From the NCBI RefSeq assembly GCF_009914755.1, contig NC_060942.1: a stretch of DNA of 64,000 nt; one strand, written 5' to 3'. The notes beneath the pieces were generated by a model. The model was not told the DNA's origin and made no database searches. It saw nothing but the letters and a program-made list of their open reading frames with translations. Shown piece by piece: positions 1-12,853 of this stretch. Made by a program: the position numbers and the translations under genes. This DNA comes from the human T2T-CHM13v2.0 reference genome, Homo sapiens. How positions within the stretch are numbered: position 1 is the first letter of the stretch; each line of letters opens with the position of its first letter.

Positions 1-55
1 TGTTTAGTTTTCTGTTCCTATGTTAGTTTGCTGAGAATGATGGTTTCCAGCTTCA
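1..55 (-). mobile_element. L1PA fragment (ORF2 end/3'UTR start), 5'-truncated, continues off the window start
   Basis: TTCTGTTCCTATGTTAGTTTGCTGAGAATGATGGTTTCCAGCTTCA is the reverse complement of the L1PA TGAAGCTGGAAACCATCATTCTCAGCAAACTAAC segment. Confidence 0.85.
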
Positions 56-57
56 GG

Positions 58-83
58 GTTTGTTTGTTTGTTTGTTTGTTTGC
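58..83. repeat. (GTTT)n microsatellite
   Basis: About 6 GTTT units read directly. Confidence 0.9.
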
Positions 84-89
84 TTTTTA

Positions 90-945
90 GTACACCTTGT
101 GACTTTTTGTTGTTGTGTTGAAAGCCAACATGATGGATGGGGTAAAAGAACCAAATAAGCCTTTCACAATGTGGTGGGAAGGTGCCTGTGGGTGTGTGTT
201 GGGGGTGGGACATTCTATAGTCTTATAATTACATCTCCACTTGTGCCCTGGGCTGTGAACTTCACAAGTGCTTCTCAGTCCCCCTCCTCCACTCCTACCA
301 CTTTAAATGGGACAGGGTGGCTTGAGTGGGCTGGAATTGCTTTTTCCCCTTTTCCAACAGCGGGAGGTAGAATTGGGTACTTCCCATTTCCCAGGTCAGT
401 TAGGGTCTGGTTAAAACTTCAATAGTTTAAGGTCTGGTGAAATAGTTTCTCTTGCGGGCAGGCCTTGTTAAGAAGAACAGAATGCTCTGGAATATTTTAA
501 AATGATTATCTTTCCCCTCTCCCTGCCAGAAGCATGAGTAGGATTTTCTTGGATTTTCATTGTAAGGACCTAGAGGAGCTCCCAGAGGTAAAATTTATAA
601 AACTGTGAACCGCCCCCGCCACACCCCCACCCCACCGCTTCTATATTTGGGCTCCCCTGGAGTTTTTGACTCTCAGACTTGTCCACACCAAGCCTCCAGC
701 AATTTGTCAGTTACAATTTGGGTTTGGTGTCTATGGTGGTTTCATGCATGGGTTTCTGCTCTGGTAAGCTATGATTCTGTATATCTGCTTGTCAGTCTCA
801 AATTTTGGGGACTGTGGCTTGCCTTGTGACCTCACTTTTCTGACAGATCTAAGAAGGTTGTTAATTGTTTGGTTTGTTCAGCATTTTACTTGTTGGGGTA
901 GAGTGATGACTTCTAAGCCTCTTACAAGTCCACAGGAAACAAGAA
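90..945 (-). mobile_element. Old L1 (L1MC/L1MD-type) 5' region fragment
   Basis: CCCTGGGCTGTGAACTTCACAAGTGCTTCTCAG, GGGTTTCTGCTCTGGTAAG and TTGTGACCTCAC..GATCTAAGAAG resemble recalled L1MC/MD 5'-end consensus; boundaries approximate. Confidence 0.55.
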
Positions 946-1069
946 GACTGACTTATTTGGGTACAAAAATTTAATTCATTCATTATATTTTACAAAAACA
1001 TTTTCGAAACCTTTCTCTGCTATAAAAGGAGCCTCTCTAAGCATTTCCAGTATCCTCATGATTTAATTA

Positions 1070-3810
1070 CTCAGTATATGCAGATGATTCTCTATATTAT
1101 GTCTCTGACCCTGACTCTCTACTATGCTATATATATTCACATGTTCATCTCGCTACCAGGTTGATATATTTGAATAAGCAAACCTCAGACTCACATGTCC
1201 ACAACTGCTGTCAATATTTCCTTGTCCTTATTCTGGGATCTTTACTTGCCTCCTGCTCTTCTCATAGCCTCTGTGCTCCCAATCAGTGGTGCTGACATTT
1301 ACCCAGTTCTCCATGTTAAGAAAATAACAACTTATCTTTCCAGACTGCTAATCTCTCACTGTCCCACATCCAGGCAATGAACAGGACTTGCTGCTTTTAC
1401 TTCCTGAGGGTTTCTTGGATGCATTTCCCATCTCCACACTATTACCATGGTTTTAGCTTGGGCCACGTGGACTCATTCCTGGATATTGTAAAAATCTCTT
1501 AGGTCTCCATACCTTCAAAGTCACTCTTACATAATCTCCTCCACACACTACACAGAGTGTCCTCTCCACAGCTGCACACTGCAGAAGTCACCAAATTTGG
1601 TTACTTATTCTTTTCCGTAGTATAATCTCCATTCCACTGTACTGTGTTCCTTTTTAAGATGTTATTGTGTCTCATTAATTAGGACAGCATAGTCTGATTT
1701 CCTCCTCATAAAACTAGTAGCAGTTTCTCATTCTTTCTTGGTCCCTAGTCCACACCCCTCTCCTTCAAGTGATTGGTCCTCATTGCAGCCCACCTGTAAA
1801 TCTGTGTAAGCTGATGGCCTGAATGCCTTCTCAGACTGCACATGCAGGCTTTTGTGCAGCTGCCATTTACACGCTCATGGATCTGAATTATCTTTAGTAC
1901 GAATGTCTTTGCTGAAATGCAGCTGTGCCTATGACTGGAATTCCAAATACAACATGGCCCAAATTGAGCTCCCCGCTTTGTCCCCAATCCCACTTTTCTT
2001 TCTGTTCAAGTATTTCCTGTGGTAGAGTTAGCATTATCAACCACCCACTTGCCCAGGTCAACATACGCAGACCCATACCCAGTCTTCTTTTTACTTTAGC
2101 TACAGTAATTCCCTGGGCAATCACCTCTTGTCCCTGTGGTTCTAAATATTATCTAAGTGCTGATAGCTCCAAAACCCCTACCTCCAGCCTGGAATTCTTT
2201 CATACATAACTCTCTGCTTAACACCTCTACTTGGTGGGCAAATCATACTTACCATTTTGGTATTCTTTAATACTACTCCGCCATTACTCCTTCCCATCTT
2301 GGTTAATGGTACCATCCTCCCATGTCTCTGGCTCAAAACAGAGGAGTCCAACTTGATACCTCTCGTTCTTACTTCTCATACTCATTCTATCAGCCCATCA
2401 TATCAGCGTTGCATAGCCTGAATTCTAAACCAAACCACTTCTTATCATGTCTCATGCTTCTCCTCTAAGTCATTTGTTTTTACCTGGATTACTGTAGTGA
2501 TCCCTTGATTTGACCTCCTGATTCTACTCTTATTCCCAATTCCGCCAGTAAAATGCACAGAGAGGCTAAAGAGATTTTTTGAAAAGAAAATATCAACTTC
2601 TATCATTTTATTGCTTAAAATCCTCAAATTGCTGCTCATTAAAATTAGATTACAATGCAAATTCATTACCAGGACCTAAAAATCTATGGCTCTGGCTTCT
2701 GCCTACTCACTCTCCCTTCCCACTTGTTTACTCTTCTCATTTACCTTTGTTCTCACTCTTGAATAGGTTATGCTTTTTCTGACCTCAGGGACTTGGCATA
2801 AGCTTTTGCTGATCCCAGAACACTCTTTTCTAGAGACTTGCATGACCCTTTCACACCATTCAAATCTTCACTCAAATGTCCTGTTTTCAGAAACATATGC
2901 CTGACCTACCAACCTAAGGAGGCTTTGCAATCCTTTCCAGCTATTTATTACATCATTATACTGCTCATTTTATTCCTAGCCCTGGCTACCTTCTGAAATA
3001 ATCTAATTCACTGATTTGTTTAAGCAGTTAGTATCTGCTTCTCACCAGGCCCATCTTCCACTAGTACATAAACTACGTAATAACAGGAATTTTGCCTAAC
3101 TTCTTCACCATTTTATTTTTAGGCTCTAGAAGCTTGGAGAGCATGTAGCAGATTCTCGTTAAATACTTGTTGAATAAATTTAAAAGTTTACAACTTCATT
3201 TTCTTTCTCTTTCAAATCTAATGTGCATTTCATTAAATCCTGTTTTTACATCTCTTATGTATTTCTGACAGTGGCTCACCTCTCCAGCCTCACTGTTCCT
3301 AACATAGTTTAGGTCTCCATCATCTCTCCTCTATACTGCTGAAATAACCTTATTTTTCTTGCCCACAGTTATACTTTCTCCAGCCAATTCCTTAAAACTT
3401 AACCAGAGTAATCTCTCTATAATGCAAACTTATTGATGTTTTTGTGTAGCTTAAACTATTTCATTGGCTTACCACTGCTTTCAGGATAAAATCTGAACTC
3501 CTTTGTATGATTTCCAAGGGGTCCATGATCCAATCCCTGCTTAATCCTTCTCTCTCCCTACCTTGATCTTTGACCTTTCCTGGTTCCTAGAAAAGTGTTC
3601 TCTCTTGAATCTGGAGCAGAGAATGCATCTCTTCTCTCCACTCTTCCTTCTCACCTATCTAGTTCTAAATATACTTCAAATCTCACCAGAGCGGGCACCT
3701 CCTTCAGAAACTCACCACGGACAAGCCAATGCTGTGCCGAATACTTCTTCCATAAGTGAGCACAAAGAACTTTGTTTCTTCTACCTCAGAAATTAACACT
3801 TGGTATTCTA
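1070..3810 (+). mobile_element. Cluster of L2 LINE 3' fragments
   Basis: L2 hallmarks: TATGCAGATGA, CTCTACTTGG..CAAATC, TACCTGGATTACTGTAGT, TTCAGGATAAAATCTGAACTCC, and a 3' tail ending AAATACTTGTTGAATAAAT (~3180); several separate copies, edges approximate. Confidence 0.7.
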
Positions 3811-3980
3811 ATTATATCTATCCAAAAGAGTTTAGTGGTTGAGAATAGAGACTCTGGTGTTGGACAGAGTGGGTTCACATTACCTGAACAGGCAGCCCTG
3901 GCCTCACTGGCCTCTACTCTCCAGAAAACCCTCTAGTCATTTTCACCCCCTTCCTTCCCCTCTATCTTCATGACTCTCAA

Positions 3981-4222
3981 CCCAAGTGTTATGGGACTGG
4001 AGTGAGGGGGGTAGGGCGCTTGTGCAGGATATTTATTTCTTGGAGGATGGTGGATAAGAGACCAAGTATAGAGGAGGGTATCTGTGGTGACGAGGGCGGA
4101 TTTGACTGAAATGTGCTATGTCCAATGAGCGACTGAATGTGCGATGTAATATTAAGGATGGACAGTACTGGTCAATATCCCTGGGGGTTGGGTGTTATGT
4201 GGGGGTTAAAGTTGATGTGTTA
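3981..4222 (-). other. NUMT: nuclear insertion of the mitochondrial control region (D-loop, roughly rCRS 16230-16473)
   Basis: CCCAAGTGTTATGGG, CTTGTGCAGGATATT, GGAGGATGGTGG, GGATTTGACTGAAATGTGCTATGT and AGTTGATGTG match the reverse complement of the recalled human D-loop (CCCATAACACTTGGG, CCACCATCCTCC, ACATAGCACATTACAGTCAAATCC, CACATCAACT) in colinear order and spacing. Confidence 0.9.
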
Positions 4223-4714
4223 CCTGTATTTTTGAATACCCTGTTTAAGACGTGCCAATCAGCTTGTGTTTTTTGCACATATCATGTTGCATCTTTGGGA
4301 TGTCTAGAATTTTTCTCTTCTATCTTACTGGAATGCTTTCTCTACATTGCTTTCCCATACAACATATTATCTCTCTTTGAAGACTTTTCACATATCTGGG
4401 TAAGTCCACACCAGGACTTCGTGGTGCATGCAAATCATCTATTGAAATGCCCATCTTTCTTTACAGGCAAAACCTCTCAAGAGCCAGGACTATGTCTTAT
4501 TCATTTTTATATTCATCAGGCTCAGTGCTGAGCACATGCTAAATGTTCATTAAATGCCAGTTGAACAAAGAGGGGAGAGAAAAAGAAAATAACTCGAAGT
4601 ATAAGGTGCTTTGCCATGTGTTTTTCATGAAAGAAAGAAGGAGATTTAAACAACAGGGAATGAAATTCTGCTTTATCTTTCTTTCATTCTCAAGAAAATA
4701 CTAGGTTTTCTATC

Positions 4715-5031
<317 letters not shown>

Positions 5032-8000
5032 TAAATGGATGCAATGAATTCATCTGTAAAAATCATCATGGGTACTTTTCCCTCCTGCACCCCACATGGT
5101 AGTTGGACAAGTATTTGTGTTAGTCAGATTAGTCTATAGTATTAGGGACACTTGTCGCCAATATTTATCTTGTGAACAGGCCTGACTGTCTTCCTTCCAG
5201 CCTATCTCATCCTCTTCTCTCCATCCTGGTTTCGGTGCATCTCAGATTTGCTGCTCTGCTCTGCCTTTTAGGTGTCCGAGTGTGGAACTCTTCTGACTTT
5301 CCTATTTCCATTTTCCAGGTTGCACAGAATACAAAAAGTGGAAGGCTGAATAAAAGACAAGGTACAGACACAGTTCCTCAGAACATTGTTAGAAGTTATA
5401 GTTGATTAAAATAGGAAAATATTACTTGTGAAAGATTGTCTACTCTATGGAGAAAAGGTCCAGAATGTGAATTCATAAATAACTAAAATGAATAATCTCA
5501 TTTCCCATAAGGGACAGATTAAAAAATGGATTTTTTCCCTTAAAACAAGTCAAATTGCAAAGAAGGAAAATAGGACCAATTGTGAATTTAAATGAATGCT
5601 CAAACTATTACAATTATAACTGCATTTCTTTAGAAGAGTTAAATATTTCTGAATGATTACAGATTAAGTTTATTTTCAAACCTCTGTTCAGATAATTTAT
5701 CAAGTAGAAGGTGTCATTTAAATAGGAATTACTATTTCTGTACACTGTACTGAGAGGTTTTTTTTCTTTTTCTTTTTCTTCTTTGGGTTCTGAAATCACA
5801 CCAGTTGATTCTAGATTGAACTTTCAGAAAAGTTTCTCTAAATGCAAACACCCTTTTAAAATAAAACAGCTGAAAATATGGTTTGAGAGATTGAGCCAGT
5901 AAGATAGATATTGTCACCTACCTGGTGTTGTCTTTATTAACTACATTAATAAATGTTTCTCAAATGTAAGGAAACATTGAAAATAAACTGAGACTTAAAA
6001 TTGTCAGCTCTTAACATCTGGTGGGGATGGGGCTAGCTATATTCTAGAATTCAAAGTTCTGAGCATTCTTAGTCTCGGTAAATATTCAAAATTACATTTT
6101 GAAAGAACTGAATACTATTTAAATACAATGAAGTAGAATAATTGGCAAATCATTCATGCCTACACATTTTCTTAAAGAACAAATAATCTACCTTCCTCCA
6201 CAGTCATCTTCCTATTCAAGAGTTAGAAAAAGTTGTTCTGTACCTCATTTTGCTAAAACTTTGCATGTGAGTAATTATGTCTATCAAACTGTGTACATGT
6301 TGTTTCTATAATAAAACCTTGTCTATCTAGGATTAATAGCAAAGATGCCTTAACACGTATGAACGAAGCATGACCTGATATGATTGTTCTCACAACCAGA
6401 CTGCTTCTAGAAACCTGATTATCAGCTGGTTCATTGAAGTGACTCTATTGATCATGTATACAGAACAAGTGACAACACCTATTCCCAGAGAATCCAGAAT
6501 GCTTATACTTTAAGTGACTTCAGAGTTAAATTGGGCTGTTTCTTTGTGATCAAATATCCCTGCATTCCTCTTCCATATTCTGTCAAGTCAGTTAGCTTTT
6601 CCTGTGCTCTGCTTCTCACATTGTTTTTTTGTGAAATGACACAAAAGGTCTCCATCATCTCCTGCACTTTTGGATTATTAATAATTGTGGGGAAGGAAAG
6701 GTCAATACCTAGAGGGCAGACTGGGGCCTCTCAAACCATTCTCAAAGATTCCCTGATCAACCTACAAAGAAACATGCTCTACATTTTAGGATATTCAAAA
6801 AATAGTGAAAACTGACTATAATTCTGGATATTTTTGAAACTGCTTTTCTTTTGGAAAATCTTTGGGAAGAGGGGCTTCTCCAGCTGAAGTTCACATTTTA
6901 AATATTCATTAAAAAGTTGTCTTCATTTATTGAAGGAAAACTCTTTGCTCCAGGTTTTGGGAAAGAGGGAGGGTGGGAGGTGGTCAGCTGTTCTTACATT
7001 TATCTTTGATAAAGCACAGGTCGTTTTCCAGTGGCAAAGTTCTAATGTAAACCACATTGAGCCACGTTGGAGAAATTGAGAAGGAAATGGAAGCAGAGCT
7101 CATTTTGCTTTTGTTTTTGCTTTGAGTTCTTCTTAGTACCAAATTATGACCCAATAGGCAAATAGACATTAGTTAATGTACCTTGAAATTTCCACTAATT
7201 CTCTTGTGACTTTGGATCAGCTACTTCTTGTTGTATTAAATTCTCTCATAAATACTGTGAGTTGTGACTTATTGACTTTAACTAACAGAAAAGTGAATCT
7301 CAGTAAGTCAATGTGGAGTTAGGTGGCTGCTAGATGGCTAAATGGGAGCTGAGACTCAGATCGGGAGTGACTCGGTACCCCCCACAGGCACTGCGTGGCA
7401 TGCCCTGTGTCTAGGAACTTTTCTGACGGCTTTTGTTTTTGTCATTTTTTTTGTTTTTAAACATCTGTCTAAAAACCATTCCCTGAGTGCCCTGGTTCTG
7501 CTGGGTGACAGCTTGCTAGCTTTATAAATGAATCCAAGTGAAGGTGATATTGGGTGCTAATCAGATTATCTGCTATTCCTCTGAGATGATACAACTGAAT
7601 TTTAATAGAGAAATTCCTCAGATCATTTGTTAATGTGAAAGAGTGGATCTCATGCTGACACTAGAGTCACTTGGCTACCAGATGGAGCAGATATTTTTGG
7701 CACATGTATCTGTTAATGTCCTTAAAGTTGAACTATGTAGTAGGCAGCTCCTACTTTGGATATTCAAGAGGATTGACCTTAATAATAGTGTTTCTGCTGT
7801 TATGTATGAATATGGTCAAAAAGATATATATGTGAATACCAGTCTCTTCCAGTGTAATGTTATAGTTTTATCCCCATTTGTAGGAATTTATTGTCTAATT
7901 ATTCCTACCGCATATTTGGACAACTGATCAAAAGGACCCCATTCTCTTTACTGACAGCTCCTGTTCAAGTGACCTCACTGCTTTCTGATGACCCCCACTG

Positions 8001-9485
8001 GCTATGCCACATTTCTGGTGCTGAATGGATGCACAACACGTCCGTACTCATCTGGGCTTCGATGCAGTTGTTCAATTTGAAAAGTAAAGCAGTACTTTAA
8101 TGGTCCCTTCAGTTCTCACACTCAGTGTTTCAATATTTGTCCTGTTCTACCTGGCTTGTAATCAATCCTAAAACTTCCTCACATTTCCAGATGATGGAAT
8201 GAACAATCCTGCGTATGGCTTCCAAACTGAAAACTCAGAACTTAAGGCTCTGGTCTGAAGTGGCCACAGTTCATCTCTGGCCTTGACAAGCCATTTGTTG
8301 GCCGTGGAACTCATTACTTGAAAGAGATTTGCTACAGCTCCCGTTATGGTGCCTTTAGAAGAAATAAAGATCTCCTGCCTCACTTCCAATACTTCTTTTA
8401 TGGTAGCACCAGAAATCTTGATTTCATTGGCTTATTTGTGAGAGACCTGACCCATCTCCCAATATGCACTCTGTTCTGGGTCTGATGGATGAAGAGTCAA
8501 GGCCCCTGCCTTTTGCTCTCCTGGGTAATAAATGTAGCTTACTGTGTCCACATGCCAGAGATGTAGGTGCCAGCAGGGCAGAGAGGGACACAGGACTTAC
8601 AGCACAGAGTTCATGCGCTCTGTTTCAGGATAATGCGTTTTTGACTGCCAGGTGTAATCTTCACTCCTCTTTCGTGCAGCCCCCATCTCTCCTCTCACTC
8701 CCTGTCCTAGATTTTAAATGGTTATACTTTCCTATGAATCCTCAATTTTTCTTTTGTTTTGGAGCCTAGTACACTGAACATTTCTTCTCATGCATAAAAG
8801 ATACCCTGGAAACTCCCACCACGGCTGCGTAAGTATTTATTTATTTTTTATTTTTTGAGAATCAGGTGCCGAGGTAGTACCTTTAAGAAACAAGCATTTA
8901 TAGTTTTGTTATATGATTTGGTTCAGTTTTTATCTCCCATACTGTTTGTTTTTCAGGAGCGAAGAGGGAATTAAAAATATTACAGAAAGAGAGCTTCCCT
9001 TGGTGGTTAATTTTAGGTATTTTGTGAAGAGATGAATTGGATGGGCTTTTGAAAGGAAATAGAACTAAAAGAAATAGAATAAATCAAATATAGATTAGGT
9101 GCTAGAAAATTTGTTGCAAAGATGATCTGAATACTGTTGATCACTAATTTTAAATTAAATGCAATCCTGATATGAAACAGATAATTTAATGATAAAGTTT
9201 CTATATTTTGATTTAAGATACCAGTATTTCCCTAGAGTTAAAAACAATCATTTTAATCACTTGGGTAAATTGCCTAAATTGTATATAAATCAGGCAAGTA
9301 ACAAAACATTTTTGCATTATTTTGCAGTTTTACAAGTTACTTTTCTCCTACATAGCACTAATGTTTTGATTTCAAAAGTTAAAGTGAGGAAATACATGTG
9401 CTTTATCATAACATGATAAATTTTAAAAATATATTTTGTTTAGAATATAAGAAACTGAAGAACTACGGCTTTGTTTCTTTATAAT

Positions 9486-9864
9486 TGTATTAGTCTGTGC
9501 ACACTGCTATAAAGAAATACCTGAGACTGGGTCATTTATAAAGGAAAGAGCTTTAATTGACTCACAGTTCCACATGGCTGGAGGAGGCCTCAGGAAACTT
9601 ACAATCATGGCTGAAGGCAAAGGGGAAACAAGAACCTTCTTCATATGGTGGCAGGAGAGAGAAGAGTGAGGAGCGAAGTGGCAAGAGCCTCTTATAAAAC
9701 CATCAGATCTCATGAGAACTCACTCACTATCACAGGAACAGCATCGAGGAAACCACCCCATGATTCAATCACCTCCCATCAGGTCTCTCCCTAGACATGT
9801 GGGGATTATGGGGATAATAATTCATGATGAGATTTGGGTGGGGACACAAAGCCTAACAATATCA
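9486..9864 (-). mobile_element. THE1D/MSTA-type ERVL-MaLR solo LTR
   Basis: TGTATTAGTC...GAGATTTGGGTGGGGACACAAAGCCTAACAATATCA; exact 5-bp TSD ATAAT (9481-9485 / 9865-9869). Confidence 0.92.
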
Positions 9865-11889
9865 ATAATGAAGAATAGTGTTGGAGTTACTCCTTAGGTA
9901 GGCAGTATTGTTGGCCCCTTCTGAAGTGTGCAGTTAAGGAACAGCCTGCAATTCACCCGTAGAGAATTTCTTATGAATGAGAAATCACATTCCAGTTGTT
10001 TCCAAATGGAACTATAAAAATATATATGTGATACCAGATGCACAAGTATTATATAATTAGATGAGCTTTTAACATTTTTCGGAGTCAAGTGCTGAGGTTT
10101 CATGAAAAAGGTACGTTTCTTTTTTCATGAAAAAGAAACCTTGTGCTAGCTCTGACCAGCCTATTTATAGACAACCTGAATGAAATCTCTAGGTTTTACT
10201 TAATGCATCTCTACAAGGTATTTCACATGCTTAACTCCGGATGAACAGCCAAAGTTACCTAAGATCTTGCTGCCAGAAGAATGCAAATTTCCCATCCTAC
10301 TCCAAAATTGTTTCAAAAGTATTTTTGTCCATAAACCACTGGCCTGTAAGAATACATATCTCAGTCCATCAAGTATGCCAAACCATGTCTGTGTTCTTTC
10401 CCTCTTTCCCTTTCCACTTAATAGTTGAGCCATGTTCTTCTGGCTATGGTTTTTCAGAGAGAATAAAAAGTTGGAACAATTATTTGGGATAGACAGCACA
10501 AAGATTCTATTTTGACATCTGAAGATTATAGAGTTAAATAAAAACATTGAGATTGGCTGGATTATTTTCATAAATATTCGACAATATTTATATTTATTTT
10601 ACAATTGGACCAAAATACAATAGTATGATATAAACATGTTTGTCCCACGCTGCCATTTGTAGCGTGGTGCATTTGCAGATCTGAGTATGAAGAAAGGCAC
10701 ATCAGTCTTAAGCCATGGTGTTACACTGAACTAGATATCTAATGACTTTGAAGCAGTCAAAATAACTTTGAAAACTCCTGGAGGAGAGGTAGAGGATACA
10801 CCTTCCTAAAGTTAACATCATTCTGTCAGTAGAAATATAATATTGATCAGGCATACTATATTTGATAAAGACTGACAGCTTATAACAAAGCAATTCCATC
10901 AATTAATTTATACATAATCACAGGGATACTGAAAGCAAGGATTCTCAGAAATCTGTGAATGTGCTAGATTGAATATCATTATAGACACTACTGGAGAAAA
11001 TAGGCATGACCTGAAAGTTTTTTAGGCAGATGCTTCTTTGATGGGAGGATTCCTATGATCAATGCTGTATCTTCTGTAGGGAAGGGTTATTTTTAATATG
11101 TCTTCTTTAGCTTGAAACACACTTTAGCTCATTCTCTCCCTATAATTTGGAAAGAAGGCAGCTACCATAGCAGTTAATCATGACCGAGCCATAGACTACT
11201 TAATCAGGGGGAAAAAAGTCTTCTCCTGATGCAATTTGCTCGCAAAAATTTCAAAGGAAGCAGCCCTGGAGTTACCGAGGGTGAATGAAGTCAGAATCCA
11301 ATACAATGTAGATGCAATAATTCTCTATTTCGGCACACCTATCCACCAGGTTAATATAGCTGTCATTTGTCACAAAAGGCTTTTGGGAAACCAAATGCAG
11401 GATTCTTCCCTTTAGCTAGAAACTTACTTGGCTAGAAGGAAAATTGCTGGGGAGGTTACAGAATAACTAATCTCCATTCTTCCCTCAGAAATGTGCTCAC
11501 CCTGAATTATCTTGCATTAAAATAGAAGAAAAGAGAGCCCTGAGTATTCAGGTGAGCTACCCTGTCAGTCCTTGGGGTTTGGAATCCTATTAGAGGTGTC
11601 TTTATAGTTTCACATTAACTGCAACCGTTTCAAGAGCTCTCCAGAGATTTTCTCCTTACCACTGCTCCCCTCAATCTCCACTCCCCACAATATAACTCAT
11701 AAATGACTTCTCAAAGTTTTTACATTTCTCAGTCCTCTTTTTTAAAGCATCAGTGAAGGTATTTTTGAAGAATTAATAGGATATTGTATTCCTGGGAGAA
11801 AATGACCCAGTCAACTAAACTGGCGAAAATGAAGACTTGTTAAAAAAACCTGGTTTACTTTTCTGAATTAAGAACTGAAGTTGCACTAA

Positions 11890-12066
11890 GTATGACATTT
11901 CTCAACCTCTTTTTGTTATTTCTTGCCCCTTTTTCTGTTTCCTCCACTGGACTCTAAGTTCCATGAGGCAGGAAGAGTGTGTATCCTATTGATTCTTGAA
12001 TCTCTAGATACACACAGGATTAGTTAATGCCTAAATATTTGTTAAATGATTGAAATAATTAATGAA
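11890..12066 (+). mobile_element. L2 3' end fragment
   Basis: CTCCACTGGACTCTAAGTTCCATGAGGCAGG...AAATATTTGTTAAATGATTGAA..AATGAA terminal motif. Confidence 0.65.
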
Positions 12067-12634
12067 CCCAAGGAATAGGACAAGTAGGAAAAATATTGAG
12101 TTTACAGGCATTTAATTCTCTTCCCACTATTTAGGATTCTTGAAATTTGACCAAAGAAACTTATGGAAAAATGCTCGCTCAAATTAGAGGGACTTCTTTC
12201 CCCGAGTCAGGCCTAATTTTAAATTATTTTAAAATAAAAACAATGCAGAAATTTCAGCATAACCAAGCCCTGAAGACAAGTCAAAGGTTACATTACTGCC
12301 TTCATCTCTGCTTAAAAGCAGTATTGTGCAAAAAAAGCAGATAGCACCATGGTGGCCTCAGCTTTTTGTTTACATAGTTTTAGTCCTTGCTTTGTAAAAC
12401 AAAATTTGTGGAGACCCTCACGTCACAGCTTTTTCAGTGATAAATATGGGATTTAAAAAAGTAACTAGCATCTGTTCCAAAGAATAAAGGAATTTCAACC
12501 CATTTATTATGCAGTCTCAGGACTGAAATCATTAGCTTGATGATATCAAATCATAACTCCATCTCTTCATTGCCACCAGGTTTATGGGCCCTTGTTTGCT
12601 GGTTATAACATTAAACAAAATGTTGATACAAAAT

Positions 12635-12853
12635 CTGGCCAACATGGCGAAACCCTTCTCTACTAAAAATACAAAAAATTATCTGGGCGTGGTCGTGTGC
12701 ACCTTTAATTCCAGATACTTGGGAGGGGGAGGCCTGAGAATAGCTGGACCTCACGAGGCAGAGGTTACAGTAAGGCAGCGAGATTGGGCCACTGTACTCC
12801 AGCCTGGATGACAGAGCAAGACTTTGTCTCAAAAAAAAAAAAAAAAAAAAAAA
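12635..12853 (+). mobile_element. 5'-truncated Alu (AluS-like) with A23 tail
   Basis: Starts at CTGGCCAACATGGCGAAACC, middle A-rich linker, ends CTCCAGCCTGGATGACAGAGCAAGACTTTGTCTC followed by 23 A. Confidence 0.9.

Noticed and set aside
1-55. This L1 and the sense part of the L1 at 48173 both stop within ~5 nt of the same L1 position (CTGGAAACC)
   Set aside because: The 48 kb element has its own complete TSD, so they are independent insertions; most likely coincidence.
4118-4531. 137-aa plus-strand ORF
   Set aside because: Starts inside the non-coding D-loop NUMT and runs into AT-rich flank; no recognisable domain or splice context.
5319-5361. Exon-like 43-nt segment (TTTTCCAG|...AAG|GTACAG)
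   Set aside because: Weak donor, stops in two frames and no supporting neighbouring exons.
12278-12290. 13-mer AAGTCAAAGGTTA repeated at 59846
   Set aside because: Single 13-mer matches are expected by chance in 64 kb of AT-rich DNA; the flanks are unrelated.
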